A stretch of DNA of 28,851 nt, from the NCBI GenBank assembly GCA_036520475.1, contig DATDJP010000348.1:1-28851 (forward strand), read 5' to 3'. Under the pieces are notes generated by a model. The model was not told where the DNA came from and made no database searches. It was given only the letters and a program-made list of their open reading frames with translations. The stretch comes from Polyangiaceae bacterium. GTDB taxonomy: Bacteria; Myxococcota_A; Polyangia; Polyangiales; Polyangiaceae. Position numbers and translations under genes: made by a program. Of the stretch, positions 7,319-16,502 are shown piece after piece (position 1 is the stretch's first letter; each line of letters begins with the position of its first letter).

Positions 7319-8389
7319 ATGCCGTTCTCGACAGACGATCTGCGTATCCGCGGGCTGAGACCGCTCTTGCCACCCGCGATCTTGATGGAGGAAATTCCGG
7401 TCAGCGCCGAGGCGTCGGAAACCGTCACCCGCGGACGGCTGGAGGTCGGACGCATCTTACGGGGAGAAGACGATCGCTTGGTGATCGTCGTCGGACCCTG
7501 CTCGATCCATGACCCGGCAGCTGGACTCGAGTACGCGAAGCGGCTCCGCCAGGTGGCCGACGCGCATCGCTCGACCCTGTGCGTCGTGATGCGCGTGTAT
7601 TTCGAGAAGCCGCGCACGACCATTGGCTGGAAGGGTCTGATCAACGATCCGCGGCTCGACTACAGCTACGCGATCAACGACGGACTGCGCAGCGCGCGGC
7701 GCTTCCTGCTGGACGTCGCCGATCTGGGCTTGCCGGGTGGCACCGAGTTTCTCGATCCGATCACGCCGCAGTTCATCGCCGATCTCGTGTCCTGGGGAGC
7801 GATCGGCGCGCGCACCGTGGAAAGCCAGGTGCATCGCGAGCTCGCGTCCGGCCTGTCCATGCCCGTGGGCTTCAAGAACGGAACGGGAGGCACGGTACAG
7901 ATCGCGATCGACGCCGTCGAATCGAGCGCACACCCGCACCACTTCCTTTCGGTGACGAAGCAAGGTGTGGCCGCGATCGTATCCACTGCCGGCAACCCGG
8001 AGTGCCACGTGATCTTGCGCGGCGGCAAGGACGGGCCGAACTACGCGCCGGATCGGGTCCGGGCAGCCGTCGCTGCGCTCACGCAGGCGAACCTGCCCGC
8101 GCGGCTGATGATTGATTGTAGCCACGCGAACAGCGGCAAGAAATCCGAACGTCAACCCGAGGTCTTGCGTGCGATCGCCGCTCAGGTGGCAGACGGTGTC
8201 GAGGGTATTTTCGGCGTGATGCTCGAGAGCTTCCTGGTCGAGGGCCGACAGGACCACGTACCAGGTGTCGATCTGCGCTTCGGGCAGAGCATCACGGACG
8301 CTTGCATGAGCTGGGAGCGCACGCTGCCACTCTTCGACGAGTTGTCCGCCGCTGTAGAGCAGCGGCGGCGCGCCGTTACTCGACCTTGA
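7319..8389 (+). CDS. aroG: 3-deoxy-7-phosphoheptulonate (DAHP) synthase, class I-alpha (AroG/F/H type)
   Basis: The N-terminus aligns with E. coli AroG (DDLRI...LLPP..L...P; VIVVGPCSIHD). It also carries KPRTTxGWKGL and PVGFKNGT motifs. Length is 356 aa. The isozyme cannot be assigned. Confidence 0.9.
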   Translation: MPFSTDDLRIRGLRPLLPPAILMEEIPVSAEASETVTRGRLEVGRILRGEDDRLVIVVGPCSIHDPAAGLEYAKRLRQVADAHRSTLCVVMRVYFEKPRTTIGWKGLINDPRLDYSYAINDGLRSARRFLLDVADLGLPGGTEFLDPITPQFIADLVSWGAIGARTVESQVHRELASGLSMPVGFKNGTGGTVQIAIDAVESSAHPHHFLSVTKQGVAAIVSTAGNPECHVILRGGKDGPNYAPDRVRAAVAALTQANLPARLMIDCSHANSGKKSERQPEVLRAIAAQVADGVEGIFGVMLESFLVEGRQDHVPGVDLRFGQSITDACMSWERTLPLFDELSAAVEQRRRAVTRP

Positions 8390-8412
8390 CCGCCAATCGG
8401 CCGCCTTCGGCG

Positions 8413-9309
8413 CTACGGAAACGGGGCCGCGCGCAGCCGGCTCACGGTCAAATCGACGAAGCGACGCAGCTTGGTCGAGACGCGCCGGCCGCCTGCATGC
8501 ACCACCTGCACCGGTAGCGCCGGCGGCTCGAACGGCGCGAGCACGATCTCGAGGCGGCCGGCTCGCACGGCTTCGTCCACTTGATACGACAGCAGCCGCA
8601 CGAGGCCTCGACCTGCCACGGCCGCTGCGAGCGCGACGTCCACGGTGTTAACGAGCAGGCGCGCGCGCGGATGAATCACCACGGGTTTGCTCCGGGCCAC
8701 GAACCTCCACTCCGGCGCTGAGGGCGCCGCGCCGAAGGCGATCGCCTCGTGTTCGACGATGTCCGCGGGCCTCTGGGGCACGCCGTGCTCCGCGAGATAT
8801 GCCGGCGCTGCGCACACGACGCGGCGCACGCTGCCGACGCGCACGGCGGTCAGGGTGGAATCGGGCAGCTCCGCGATGCGGACCGCGACGTCGAGGCCCT
8901 CGTCCACGAGATCCACGATGCGGTCAAGGAACAGCGTTCGCACGGAGACTTGCGCGTGCGCGGCCAGGAACTCCACGACCACGGGCGCGACGAAGCGACG
9001 ACCGAAGTTGACCGGCGCCGTCACACCGAGTTGCCCGCGCAGCGCTCCGTGCAGGTCGCCAGCGAATTGCTCGGCTTCCTCGATATCGGCCAGGATACGG
9101 CGCGAGTCCGACAGAAAGCGCTCGCCCGCCTCCGTGAGACGCACGCTGCGGGTCGTGCGTTTCAAGAGCTCCGTCCCGATCCGTGCCTCGAGCGCCGCGA
9201 TCGCACGCGTCACCGATGGCGGTGACATGCCGAGCCGGCGGGCGGCAGCGGCGAACCCTCGCTGTTCTGCGACCGTGACGAAAACGTGCAGGGTTTCCAG
9301 GCGATCCAC
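8413..9309 (-). CDS. LysR-family transcriptional regulator
   Basis: N-terminal HTH METLHVFVTVAEQRGFAAAARRLGMSPPSVTRAIAALE with a ~300-aa LysR substrate-binding domain. Transcribed divergently from the GST gene. Confidence 0.9.
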   Translation of the reverse strand: MDRLETLHVFVTVAEQRGFAAAARRLGMSPPSVTRAIAALEARIGTELLKRTTRSVRLTEAGERFLSDSRRILADIEEAEQFAGDLHGALRGQLGVTAPVNFGRRFVAPVVVEFLAAHAQVSVRTLFLDRIVDLVDEGLDVAVRIAELPDSTLTAVRVGSVRRVVCAAPAYLAEHGVPQRPADIVEHEAIAFGAAPSAPEWRFVARSKPVVIHPRARLLVNTVDVALAAAVAGRGLVRLLSYQVDEAVRAGRLEIVLAPFEPPALPVQVVHAGGRRVSTKLRRFVDLTVSRLRAAPFP

Positions 9310-9311
9310 GG

Positions 9312-9334
9312 ATTATTTCAGTCAGCGAAATAAT
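9312..9334. promoter_or_regulatory. Perfect palindrome ATTATTTC-N7-GAAATAAT (LysR-type T-N11-A-like box) in the LysR/GST divergent intergenic region
   Basis: attatttcagtcagcgaaataat. This is a 23-bp AT-rich dyad in a ~70% GC genome, 3 bp from the LysR start codon and ~55 bp upstream of the GST start. Confidence 0.5.
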
Positions 9335-9389
9335 CTTTTGTCAAGCGCGACGCTTCTCCGCCGCGGCCGCACGCGCCAGGTTCCCACGC

Positions 9390-10007
9390 ATGACATCGAA
9401 GCTCAGGTTGTACGGTTTCAAATTGTCGGGCCACACACACCGCGCGGAGCTGTTTCTGTCGATCCTCGGGCTTCCGTTCGAAAAGATCGAGGTGGACGTG
9501 CTGAAGGGGGCTCACAAGCAGCCCGAATTTCTGGCGATGAACCCGCTGGGGCAGGTTCCGGTTCTGCAAGACGGCGACTGGACGATCGCCGACAGCAACG
9601 CCATCCTCGTATACCTCGCGCTCGAGTACGACACGTCCCGGCAATGGTATCCGCTGGACGCCAGGCGCGCCGCGCGCGTTCAACGCTGGTTGTCGATCGC
9701 CGCCGGCGAGCTCCGGGAAGGGCCGGGCGCGGCGCGATTGGTGCGGCTGCTCGGCGCGAAGCTCGATCACGAACGCGCCAAGAGCATCGCCGCGACCTTG
9801 TATGGCGTGGTCGATCGAGAGCTCGCCAGCACGCCCTACCTGGCCTGTGCGACACCGACGATCGCCGATCTAGCGCTCTATTCTTACACAGCAGTAGCGA
9901 CCGAGGGGGACGTCTCGCTCGAACCGTGGCCCAACGTCCGGGCGTGGCTCGCTCGGATCGAGAGCATCGAACGCTTCGTCGCCATGCCGCAAAGCTCGAG
10001 CGCATGA
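9390..10007 (+). CDS. Glutathione S-transferase
   Basis: GST N-terminal thioredoxin-like fold (LYGFKLSGHTHRAELFL...NPLGQVPVL) followed by a GST C-terminal helical domain. 205 aa. Confidence 0.85.
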   Translation: MTSKLRLYGFKLSGHTHRAELFLSILGLPFEKIEVDVLKGAHKQPEFLAMNPLGQVPVLQDGDWTIADSNAILVYLALEYDTSRQWYPLDARRAARVQRWLSIAAGELREGPGAARLVRLLGAKLDHERAKSIAATLYGVVDRELASTPYLACATPTIADLALYSYTAVATEGDVSLEPWPNVRAWLARIESIERFVAMPQSSSA

Positions 10008-10990
10008 CGACCGCGGACCCGCATGGCGCCACTCCCTTTCACGACGGGGAGCTCGCGCTCCAGACCAGAGCCGGAGTAAAGGAGAAGATCGCGCGCTATG
10101 GGCAACGCGCGATTCGCAGCTTTCTTACCGAAGAGCAGCGCGAGTTCTTCGAAGAGCTGCCGTACGTGTTCGTCGCGAGCCTCGACGGCTCCGGCCAGCC
10201 CTGGGCGTCGATGGTCTGGGGAGTGCCGGGCTTCGCGAGCTCTCCCGAGCCCACGCTGCTGCGGCTGGCGGGCGCGACGGCCTCGGGCGATCCGCTGGCG
10301 CGCCAGCTCGCCTCGGGAGCGGCCGTGGGTGTGCTCGGGATCCAGCTCGAGACGCGCCGCCGCAACCGCGTGAACGGCGTCGTGACGGCTCACCAGGGGA
10401 GTAGCTTTTCCCTGCAGGTGACGCAGGCTTTCGGCAACTGCCAGAAGTACATCCAGGTCCGGCGTGCGAAGTTCCAGCGCGATCCTGGCGCACGCGTCGA
10501 CGCGCCGGTGTTTCGGGAAAATTCGCAACTGTCCGAGGAAGCGCGTCGCATGCTGAGCGCGGCAGACACGGTGTTCATGGCGTCGCGCTCCGAGCAGCCG
10601 TCGGCCAGCCTACGCGGAGAAGGCGTCGATGTGTCGCATCGCGGCGGTCTGCCGGGCTTCTTGCGGCTGAGCGACGACGCCGCGCGGACCACACTCACGC
10701 TTCCGGACTACACGGGCAATTTCCTGTTCAATACGCTCGGCAATCTCGAGCGCGATCCGCGTGCGGGCCTCTTGGTCGTCGACTTCGAGCGAGGCGGCTT
10801 GCTCACCTTGACCGGAGACGCCCACGTGATCTGGGAGGGATCCGAGGTGCGTGCGGTGCCGGGCGCGCAGCGCCTCGTCCGAATCGCCGTGCGCGAGGGC
10901 GTGCGCATGGAAAGCGTGCTGCCTTTTACGTGGACTGCGCCGGAGTTCTCAGCGCAGCTGCCGCCGGGCGCGTATCACCAGCGCCCGTAG
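10004..10990 (+). CDS. Pyridoxamine-5'-phosphate-oxidase-like (FMN-binding split-barrel) family protein
   Basis: Start ATG10004 overlaps the GST stop (ATGA), so the two are translationally coupled. PNPOx-like patterns (PYVFVASLDGSGQPW...; ...LLVVDFERGGLLTLTGDAHV). The first 439 codons of ORF 8687-10990 are antisense to the LysR gene and out of frame with the GST gene, and were rejected. Confidence 0.7.
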   Translation: MTTADPHGATPFHDGELALQTRAGVKEKIARYGQRAIRSFLTEEQREFFEELPYVFVASLDGSGQPWASMVWGVPGFASSPEPTLLRLAGATASGDPLARQLASGAAVGVLGIQLETRRRNRVNGVVTAHQGSSFSLQVTQAFGNCQKYIQVRRAKFQRDPGARVDAPVFRENSQLSEEARRMLSAADTVFMASRSEQPSASLRGEGVDVSHRGGLPGFLRLSDDAARTTLTLPDYTGNFLFNTLGNLERDPRAGLLVVDFERGGLLTLTGDAHVIWEGSEVRAVPGAQRLVRIAVREGVRMESVLPFTWTAPEFSAQLPPGAYHQRP

Positions 10991-11196
10991 GGCAAGAACT
11001 TGCCGCTGATCGTGATTACGACGCGGTCGCGTTTCGGGTTTTCTTCGTCGGTGCGGTTTCTTCCCCAAACGGCGCTGGAGTCGGAATACACGCGAACGCA
11101 AAAGGGTTTTGCATACCAGCCTGGAACATCGCGGTCATCGTGGCGCCACACGACTGTGAGACCTATGTCAGGACAGGTTTTGGAGGAAAAATCCGC

Positions 11197-11814
11197 ATGC
11201 CCCTTTCCAAGCTGGTCCTGAGCCGACTCGCCGCGGCGTCGATGGCGCTCGGTGCCTCTGCTGCGGCCGCCACGCTAGAAGTTCCGGCGGATGTGCTGGC
11301 CGAGTGGGTCGAGGACGACCTGCGGAGAAGCCCACCGCTGACGCCACTGCGCGCGGTGGATAGCGCGGACCGCGCCGCGACGCGGACGCGCACCACTGTC
11401 GGAGCGCTGTGGTCGAGCGCCAAGGAGCGGGTCGAAGCGCTGGTGCAGCGGATGGCTCGCGACGACTCGCTCGCGGTGCGCATTGGAGCGGCGGCGGGCC
11501 TTGGCCGTATGATCGAGCTTTCGTCCCCTGTCGAGCGGGTCGAGCTCGTGTGTCGTTGGACGCTGGCGGACGACGCCCGCGAACGGGTCGCCCTGGCGCG
11601 CGCGCTGGCCCTGCCCACGCCGGTGTTCGTTGCCGACTTGGTCGTCAGCGAGCTGGCGCGTGATGCTGATCACGACGTGCGCGCGGCAGCCGCTCGCGCG
11701 CTGCGCACCCATTTTCGAGCGGACCCCGAGCGCTTCGCGCGGCTGGCCAGTGAGCTCATGAGCGACGCGCATCCCGCGGTGCGGAGCGCGGCGCAGGAAC
11801 CAGCGCTCACCTGA
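11197..11814 (+). CDS. Secreted HEAT/PBS-lyase-type repeat protein
   Basis: GGAGGA RBS 10 nt upstream of ATG11197. Signal peptide MPLSKLVLSRLAAASMALGASAAAA. Repeated ...D.D..VR.AAA.AL... HEAT-like units. The upstream part of ORF 10930 overlaps the PNPOx-like gene. Confidence 0.55.
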   Translation: MPLSKLVLSRLAAASMALGASAAAATLEVPADVLAEWVEDDLRRSPPLTPLRAVDSADRAATRTRTTVGALWSSAKERVEALVQRMARDDSLAVRIGAAAGLGRMIELSSPVERVELVCRWTLADDARERVALARALALPTPVFVADLVVSELARDADHDVRAAAARALRTHFRADPERFARLASELMSDAHPAVRSAAQEPALT

Positions 11815-12267
11815 GGGTCTCGTGATTGGTCACAGCCATCGGTGCCGAATGGATGAAACTCGGCGGACTCGCTGAGCGACTCTGCAAGATTGAACATGAG
11901 GTTCGGGAGGCGGGACGCGGGACGGGTCCATGCCTTCTTGATGCGTAGGCGCACGGTCGCATTCGCCTAGAGCGAAGCGGACGCTGACGGTAGGTCCGGA
12001 CGAGCGCGCACGGTAGTGGCGCGCCGGCGCCTGCAAGTGTCTATGGGCGAGGGGACAAACAATGTCTGCTCACCGCGATGTGCCGCAGTCGATTTTGCTC
12101 GACAGGGTTTGCTCGCGACCGAGTCGTGACTGATGATCGTGACCGAGAACGGCCGTGCCACCACGCAGCGCGCGTCCTCGCAGCGTTTCCTGGAGCATGA
12201 CACTGCGAAACTCATCATCGGCCCCGAAAACGCGTCCTGACGCATTCTCGGGCAAAACAAATCACGG

Positions 12268-12900
12268 GTGTATGACATGGACATGCCGAGCCTTCCCGAA
12301 TTCGAAGCAATCACCGACGATCAGCTGCTCGTGAGTGTGCGAATGCTAGTCGCACGCTCCAATAACGCGCTCGCCGAGTTGCTCGCGCATCTGGCCGAGG
12401 TGGAGGCGCGCGGAATTTATCGGCAGCGTGTCGCGCGCACAACGACCTCGCGGCCGAACAAGACTTCGGGAGAGAGCACATGGCGAGGGCGAGAGGCGAG
12501 CCGACAGGCGAGCCGCGCCAGCGCGGCCCAAAGCGGGGTGCGGGCCGGATCATGCCGGGGTGGCGCGCGAGCGTCCCTGACCCAAGCGCACCGGCGCTCG
12601 ATCTCCCCCAAGTACTCGATGAGCTCGGCGGCGGCGCTCGCTCGCGCGTGGGCAACACGGGCACGTGAGCGAGAAGCTCGGAATCGGAAAATGCTCGATA
12701 GTGCGCGCTTACGGGGCGATTCGGTGTCGATCTTCCGGCGTGCCCCGGCCCGCGCGTCGCGTCGCGAGTTAATCCCAGCGCTATTCGGAAGCTCCGACAG
12801 GCCCACGCTCTCGTCCGCCGGTCCAGATGAAACGTTGCCACGCCGGGCCACGGTCATGGTTGTGAGCTCGCCACCATACGCACCGTTAAAATGCGACCCA
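12268..12900 (+). pseudogene. Degraded N-terminal fragment of a DUF222-HNH endonuclease family gene (frameshifted)
   Basis: Frame 1 carries ...DDQLLVSVRMLVARSNNALAELLAHLAEVEARGIYRQ, the family N-terminal helix. The family then continues in another frame (...LPQVLDEL... in ORF 12480-12668) before stopping. No HNH domain follows. The rest of ORF 12268-13185 is Ser/Arg-rich and runs antisense into the GT4 gene. Confidence 0.45.
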
Positions 12901-12930
12901 TCGCTAGCGTCTGAGGGTGGGGGGTGGCCG

Positions 12931-14130
12931 TCAGGCGAGGCGGCGCAGGAACGCGAACGGGCTCGAGCTGCGCGGTTTTGGCTTCGGGGCGTCAGCTGGG
13001 GCGGGCTGCTCGGTGGCCTTTGCGAAGAGCACGCGCCGATACCGTTCGGCCATGGCCCGCCCGGAAAACTCACGCTCGGCACGCACGCGCGCGGCGTCGC
13101 CGAGGCGCTTGCAGAGCGCCGGATCGTCGCGAAGCTGGGTGATGGCGCGGGTGAGCCCATCGATGTCGTACAGATCGACGAGTAGCCCCGTCTTCCCGTG
13201 CTCGACCGCGAACGGAACACCTCCCACTCGCGTCGCGACGCTCGGGACTCCGTAGTACGCGGCTTCGATGAACACGAGCCCGAAGCCCTCCATGTGAGAC
13301 GGCAACGCAAACACATCCGACGCCGCGTACAAGTCGCCGGAATTATCGATGCGTCCCAGGAACTGCGCGCGCCCTGGTAGGCGCGCAGCAGCTCGTTCGC
13401 GAAGCGCGTCGGCGGCTGGGCCAGCGCCAGCGATGACCAGTTGCAAACGCTGTTCGGGATCCGGCATCTGCGCGACGGCGTCGATCAACTCCGCGATGCC
13501 CTTCTCGGGCGTCAAGCGAGCGAGACAGCCGACGACGAACGCGCTCGCAGGTAGTCCCAACCTGCGTCGCGCGCCGTCCCGCGAGCTTCGCTTGCTCGGG
13601 GGTTTTACAGAAGGAGGGATCACGTGGATCGACTCTGCTGGCACCTTTGCTTCGAGCAGGACGTCTCGTGCAGCTTCCGTGCTCACCACGATGGCGTCCG
13701 CCAGGCGGGCACCAAGCCGCGTCATCAGGCGATGACGCCGCGCCTCGATGCGGTTGGCGTGTTGCACCGAGACCACGCAGGTGACGCCCGCGGCGCGAAT
13801 GGCCGCGACGTCTTTGAAGGAAAAATGACTGCCCCCGTACTGAATGTTGACGGCGACCGCTCCGCTCTCCTGCACGAGCTTGCGAAGCTTCAGCAGCGAC
13901 TTGAGCGTGTGCCGCTGGTAGATCGTGAGCACGTCGGGGCTCGCGGACGCCTGCACGCCTTCACGCTCGAACCATTCCAGGGTGGCACTCACGTCGTCGT
14001 CCTCAGCCAGCACGGTTTGCACGTCGCAGTCCAGCTTGCGCATGCCCTTGGCGAGGTTGAGAACCAGCTGCTCGGTGCCGCCGATTTTCGACGTCGTACT
14101 CAGCAGCAGAAGTCGGTGTTTCCCTGACAT
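12931..14130 (-). CDS. Glycosyltransferase family 4 (GT-B, glycosyl transferase group 1)
   Basis: N-terminal LLLLSTTSKIGGTEQLV and a C-terminal GT1 domain (...ALPSHMEGFGLVFIEAAYYGVPSVATRVGGV..E). Start taken at MSGKHRLLLL. Confidence 0.85.
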   Translation of the reverse strand: MSGKHRLLLLSTTSKIGGTEQLVLNLAKGMRKLDCDVQTVLAEDDDVSATLEWFEREGVQASASPDVLTIYQRHTLKSLLKLRKLVQESGAVAVNIQYGGSHFSFKDVAAIRAAGVTCVVSVQHANRIEARRHRLMTRLGARLADAIVVSTEAARDVLLEAKVPAESIHVIPPSVKPPSKRSSRDGARRRLGLPASAFVVGCLARLTPEKGIAELIDAVAQMPDPEQRLQLVIAGAGPAADALRERAAARLPGRAQFLGRIDNSGDLYAASDVFALPSHMEGFGLVFIEAAYYGVPSVATRVGGVPFAVEHGKTGLLVDLYDIDGLTRAITQLRDDPALCKRLGDAARVRAEREFSGRAMAERYRRVLFAKATEQPAPADAPKPKPRSSSPFAFLRRLA

Positions 14131-14408
14131 GGTGCGAAAGTCTGTATGGGCGTCGTTGCGCGTCATGTCAACGCGACTGGGCGCACGCGCCGCCCGCTCT
14201 CGGCGCCGCGCACGCCTCGCACGAGGGCCGCACGCCGGTACCGTGTCTCCGCCGTTTCACGCACGAGCACTGAATGCAAGAGTGTTCACGCATTCGAAAA
14301 ACAGTGCGGGTGCTCGCCACCGTGTCGTGACTGTGCGCGAGCGTCTGTCACCATGAGAGAACCTTTGTCGGGTTCCGTTCCCGAGCCGAGTGTCTTAGGA
14401 AGCGCTGA

Positions 14409-14813
14409 GTGAAATTTTTTCCCCTGTTGGTTGTCGGCCTCTGCGCTCTGTCCGGGTGCGAGCAGCGTCGTACGGCGCCTGACGAACGGGGCCGGGCGGA
14501 ACCGGCCCGCCAACCGGGTGCGGTCACGCCGGCGACTGCGGACAACCCCTTTGCCAAGGCCGCTCCCGCGCCTGCCGCTCACTCCCGCTTCACGGGACGA
14601 GTCATCCAGCGCCTCGACGCTGGATCCTACGTTTACCTGGAGGTGGAAAAGCCCGGCAGCGGTCCGACCTGGATCGTGACGGCGGAAGCGCTCGCTCCCG
14701 ACGCGGATCGCGTCGCTGTGCACGTGGTCAAGCGCGTTGAACATTTCGAATCGCGGCGTCTGCAGCGGAGCTTTTCTCCGCTCGGTTTCGCGATCGTCAG
14801 AAAGGATGACTGA
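14409..14813 (+). CDS. Small lipoprotein, hypothetical
   Basis: MKFFPLLVVGLCALSGC signal and lipobox. 134 aa. Confidence 0.6.
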   Translation: MKFFPLLVVGLCALSGCEQRRTAPDERGRAEPARQPGAVTPATADNPFAKAAPAPAAHSRFTGRVIQRLDAGSYVYLEVEKPGSGPTWIVTAEALAPDADRVAVHVVKRVEHFESRRLQRSFSPLGFAIVRKDD

Positions 14814-15359
14814 ATGAAGCTGGGTTGGCTCTGCGGTGTGTTGTTGGTGCCATTGGCGACGGCCTGCGGCTCGTCCGATGACGAGGCCGGAGAGGGCGAA
14901 CCGACGGACGGCTGTACGCGGGGCGAGCTCGAACAGGACATCGAGTATGTCCCCGTGCGGCTTGAGGGGTCACCTGGTCCGCTCGCGGCTCCGCCTGCAG
15001 AAGGCTACGTCGTGAGCACTACCTACCTGCGTTTGAAGCATGACGACGCCGCAAAGAGCCGCTTCCGTACGCTCAATGGCCCCATTATGGAAGATCTGTT
15101 GGCGCGTTCGGGCTTGGTGGCGCTCGAGTTCGCGATCGAAGCCGAGTGCAACACGGCTCGTACGAAATCCGTGTGGACGTCTACGGAAGCCATGTACGAG
15201 TTCGTGACGAGTGAGGCACACGGCGCTGCCGTGCAATCCGTCGGCGAGCTGAGCCGGGGCGGCAGCGTCGTCACGCACTGGACGGCAAAGACACTCGACG
15301 AAACCACCTGGGACGAGGCGACGGCGCGGCTCAACGGCGACAAAGGGCCGATCTACTGA
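14814..15359 (+). CDS. Lipoprotein, possibly DUF3291 / ABM-like alpha-beta barrel domain
   Basis: The ATG directly abuts the previous stop (TGAATG). Signal and lipobox MKLGWLCGVLLVPLATAC. The domain call is from weak memory of the pattern (...LEFAIEAE...SVWTSTEAMYEFV...H). Confidence 0.55.
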   Translation: MKLGWLCGVLLVPLATACGSSDDEAGEGEPTDGCTRGELEQDIEYVPVRLEGSPGPLAAPPAEGYVVSTTYLRLKHDDAAKSRFRTLNGPIMEDLLARSGLVALEFAIEAECNTARTKSVWTSTEAMYEFVTSEAHGAAVQSVGELSRGGSVVTHWTAKTLDETTWDEATARLNGDKGPIY

Positions 15360-15375
15360 GGGTCGCGGTTTCGTC

Positions 15376-16404
15376 GTGCACGCCAGATTGCGGATCCCAA
15401 CCAGCACGCTCGCCGGCTTCCTGGGCTTGCTCTTGGCCACGGTGGCAGCCGGCTGCGACGGCGGGAGTGACGATGGCCAGTCGCACGAGGATGCAGGTGG
15501 AGCGCCTGATGGCGGATCGACTCGACCGAGCCCCGGGTGCGGGCGCAACGGCAACGTGTACTTCGCAGGCACGACCCCGGGCACGCTGAATTTCGGAGGT
15601 GGAGAGCGCAGCTTTCGCGTGCACGTGCCGGCGGGCGAACGTGGAGATCAGCCGCTGCCGCTCGTCTTGATGCTGCACGGCGGTGGGGGCAGTGGCGAAC
15701 AACTGCAAACGCGTTCGGCGCGCATGGATCCCATCGCCGAGCGCGAGGGGTTCATCACCGTCTATCCGGATGGCACGGGCGTGCTTCGCACATGGAACGG
15801 TGGCGCGTGCTGTGGCAGAGCGGTCAGCGAGGACATCGACGACGTGGGCTTCATCGCCGCGTTGCTCGATCACCTCGAAGCCGAGCTGTGCGTCGATCGC
15901 AGCCGCGTGTTCGCCACGGGCATGTCCAACGGCGGCTTGCTCAGTCACCGGCTCGCCTGCGAGCTCTCCACGCGCATCGCTGCGGTCGCCCCCGTCGCAG
16001 GCACGCTGGGTATCCCCAATTGCCAGCCCGCGCGGCCCGTGCCGGTGCTGCACATTCACGGCACGAGCGACGGGCACGTGCCATGGAGTGGCGGTCAGGG
16101 CTGCGGTCCTTCGGGCGCCGCTTTCACCTCGGTGCCGGACACCATCGATACTTGGCGCTCTCGCAACGCCTGTGGCCCTTCGACCTCCACGTATTTCGAA
16201 CAGGGTGAGGGGCGCTGCACCGCTCACGACGGTTGCCAGGCGCCGGTGGTTCTGTGCGCCATCGAGGGTGGGGGGCACAGCTGGCCCGGAGGGGTCGGCA
16301 AAGAGCCAGTGGTTCAGTGCCTGACAGATGGCTTTCAGAGCCAGGATTTTCTCGCGAGCGAAGTTGCCTGGCGCTTCTTCGAGGAGAACCCACTACCGAA
16401 CTGA
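15376..16404 (+). CDS. PHB-depolymerase-family esterase (LpqC-like alpha/beta hydrolase) lipoprotein
   Basis: Lipobox LLLATVAAGC. LVLMLHGGGGSGEQ, nucleophile elbow GMSNGG, HGTSDGHVP and HSWPGG. The overlapping 315-aa minus ORF is rejected as antisense. Confidence 0.8.
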   Translation: MHARLRIPTSTLAGFLGLLLATVAAGCDGGSDDGQSHEDAGGAPDGGSTRPSPGCGRNGNVYFAGTTPGTLNFGGGERSFRVHVPAGERGDQPLPLVLMLHGGGGSGEQLQTRSARMDPIAEREGFITVYPDGTGVLRTWNGGACCGRAVSEDIDDVGFIAALLDHLEAELCVDRSRVFATGMSNGGLLSHRLACELSTRIAAVAPVAGTLGIPNCQPARPVPVLHIHGTSDGHVPWSGGQGCGPSGAAFTSVPDTIDTWRSRNACGPSTSTYFEQGEGRCTAHDGCQAPVVLCAIEGGGHSWPGGVGKEPVVQCLTDGFQSQDFLASEVAWRFFEENPLPN

Positions 16405-16502
16405 GGCGAGCGTGGGTCCCGAGTGTCGCTTGCCGTCTGCGGGCACCGAAGACGGACACCGTCTCGCGGACGCTGGCCGTTGAATGGGCCGGCCGCTGAA
16501 CG

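Noticed and set aside
8687-10003. 5' 439 codons of the 767-aa ORF 8687-10990
   Set aside because: Antisense to the LysR gene and out of frame across the GST gene. The real CDS begins at ATG10004 (PNPOx-like).
12901-13185. 3' part of ORF 12268-13185
   Set aside because: Runs antisense into the GT4 glycosyltransferase gene. The homology-supported part ends much earlier.
15331-16278. 315-aa minus ORF and 223/213-aa plus ORFs inside the esterase gene
   Set aside because: Alternative frames of a gene with clear catalytic motifs. Arg-rich composition.
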